The notes below the pieces were generated by a model. The model was not told the DNA's origin. It did not search any database and saw nothing but the letters and a program-made list of their open reading frames with translations. DNA of 64,000 nt, from positions 930,001 to 994,000 of the forward strand of contig CM061247.1 in NCBI GenBank assembly GCA_022605425.2, read 5' to 3'. The DNA comes from Hamiltosporidium tvaerminnensis FI-OER-3-3. Its lineage: Eukaryota; Fungi; Microsporidia. Position numbers and translations under genes: made by a program. This document shows positions 63,668 through 64,000 of the stretch, in pieces. Positions within the stretch are counted from its first letter, which is position 1, and every line of letters begins with the position of its first letter.

Positions 63668-64000
63668 GATGATCCAGGCAGCCCAGGTATGCTATGACGA
63701 GGCAACACGCAAAAAAAAAAGCTTAGATCCGCTTGGAAGGAAAACATAGAAAGTAAAATTTCTAAGTTAGTACTTTCCAAAGATCTTCTCGAGAAGGCTC
63801 GTAAGCAGGAAAAGCTCTCCACTTCGGAAACGAAGAGCCTTAAGAAAATCATGCGAGAGTTTAATTTAAACCTGAGCAGCGTAACTAATCTTTCCGAGGC
63901 TTAAGTTAAGAAGAATGAGTCTTTGAATGTTTATAAAAAAAGTTACAATGCATGAAAATAGGAAGCGATTCCGAAAAGAGAATCGTATGTTTGAGATATT
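63668..64000 (+). mobile_element. RLE non-LTR retrotransposon, 5'-truncated copy E (B-like; runs off the window)
   Basis: IQAAQVCYDEATRK...RSAWKENIESKISKLVLSKDLLEKARKQEKLSTSETKSLKKIMREFNL. Shares ctgagcagcgtaac with copy B. Confidence 0.9.

Overview
Very AT-rich, intron-less, gene-sparse eukaryotic DNA with the hallmarks of a large-genome microsporidian: compact divergent fungal-type housekeeping genes, a CCC/GGG motif just upstream of most start codons, and AATAAA overlapping some stop codons. About 9 genes occupy roughly 8 kb: a partial hypothetical gene at the left edge, a transcription-type cyclin, a membrane-anchored protein, DOA1/PLAA, TFB4, UTP7, a 420-aa unknown, a polytopic membrane protein and an LCL3-like nuclease. 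A probable secreted-protein pseudogene lies near the right end. The rest is a transposon graveyard. It is dominated by about 10 copies or fragments of an R4/Dong-like restriction-like-endonuclease (RLE) non-LTR retrotransposon, roughly a quarter of the window. It also holds a KRBA2/SCAND3-type (Ginger-like) integrase relic, a Charlie/Buster-type hAT non-autonomous element and weaker Gypsy/Merlin relics. Two patterns stand out. (1) The retrotransposon appears leaderless: the 5'-intact copies begin at the ATG, in copy B the target-site duplication ends 5 bp from the start codon, and copies upstream of host genes point away from them. (2) An unannotated ~0.7-kb non-coding repeat occurs as 6 long copies plus 2 terminal fragments, twice arranged as long-arm/short-arm inverted pairs. 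All alignments were made by eye, so boundaries of degenerate copies are approximate.
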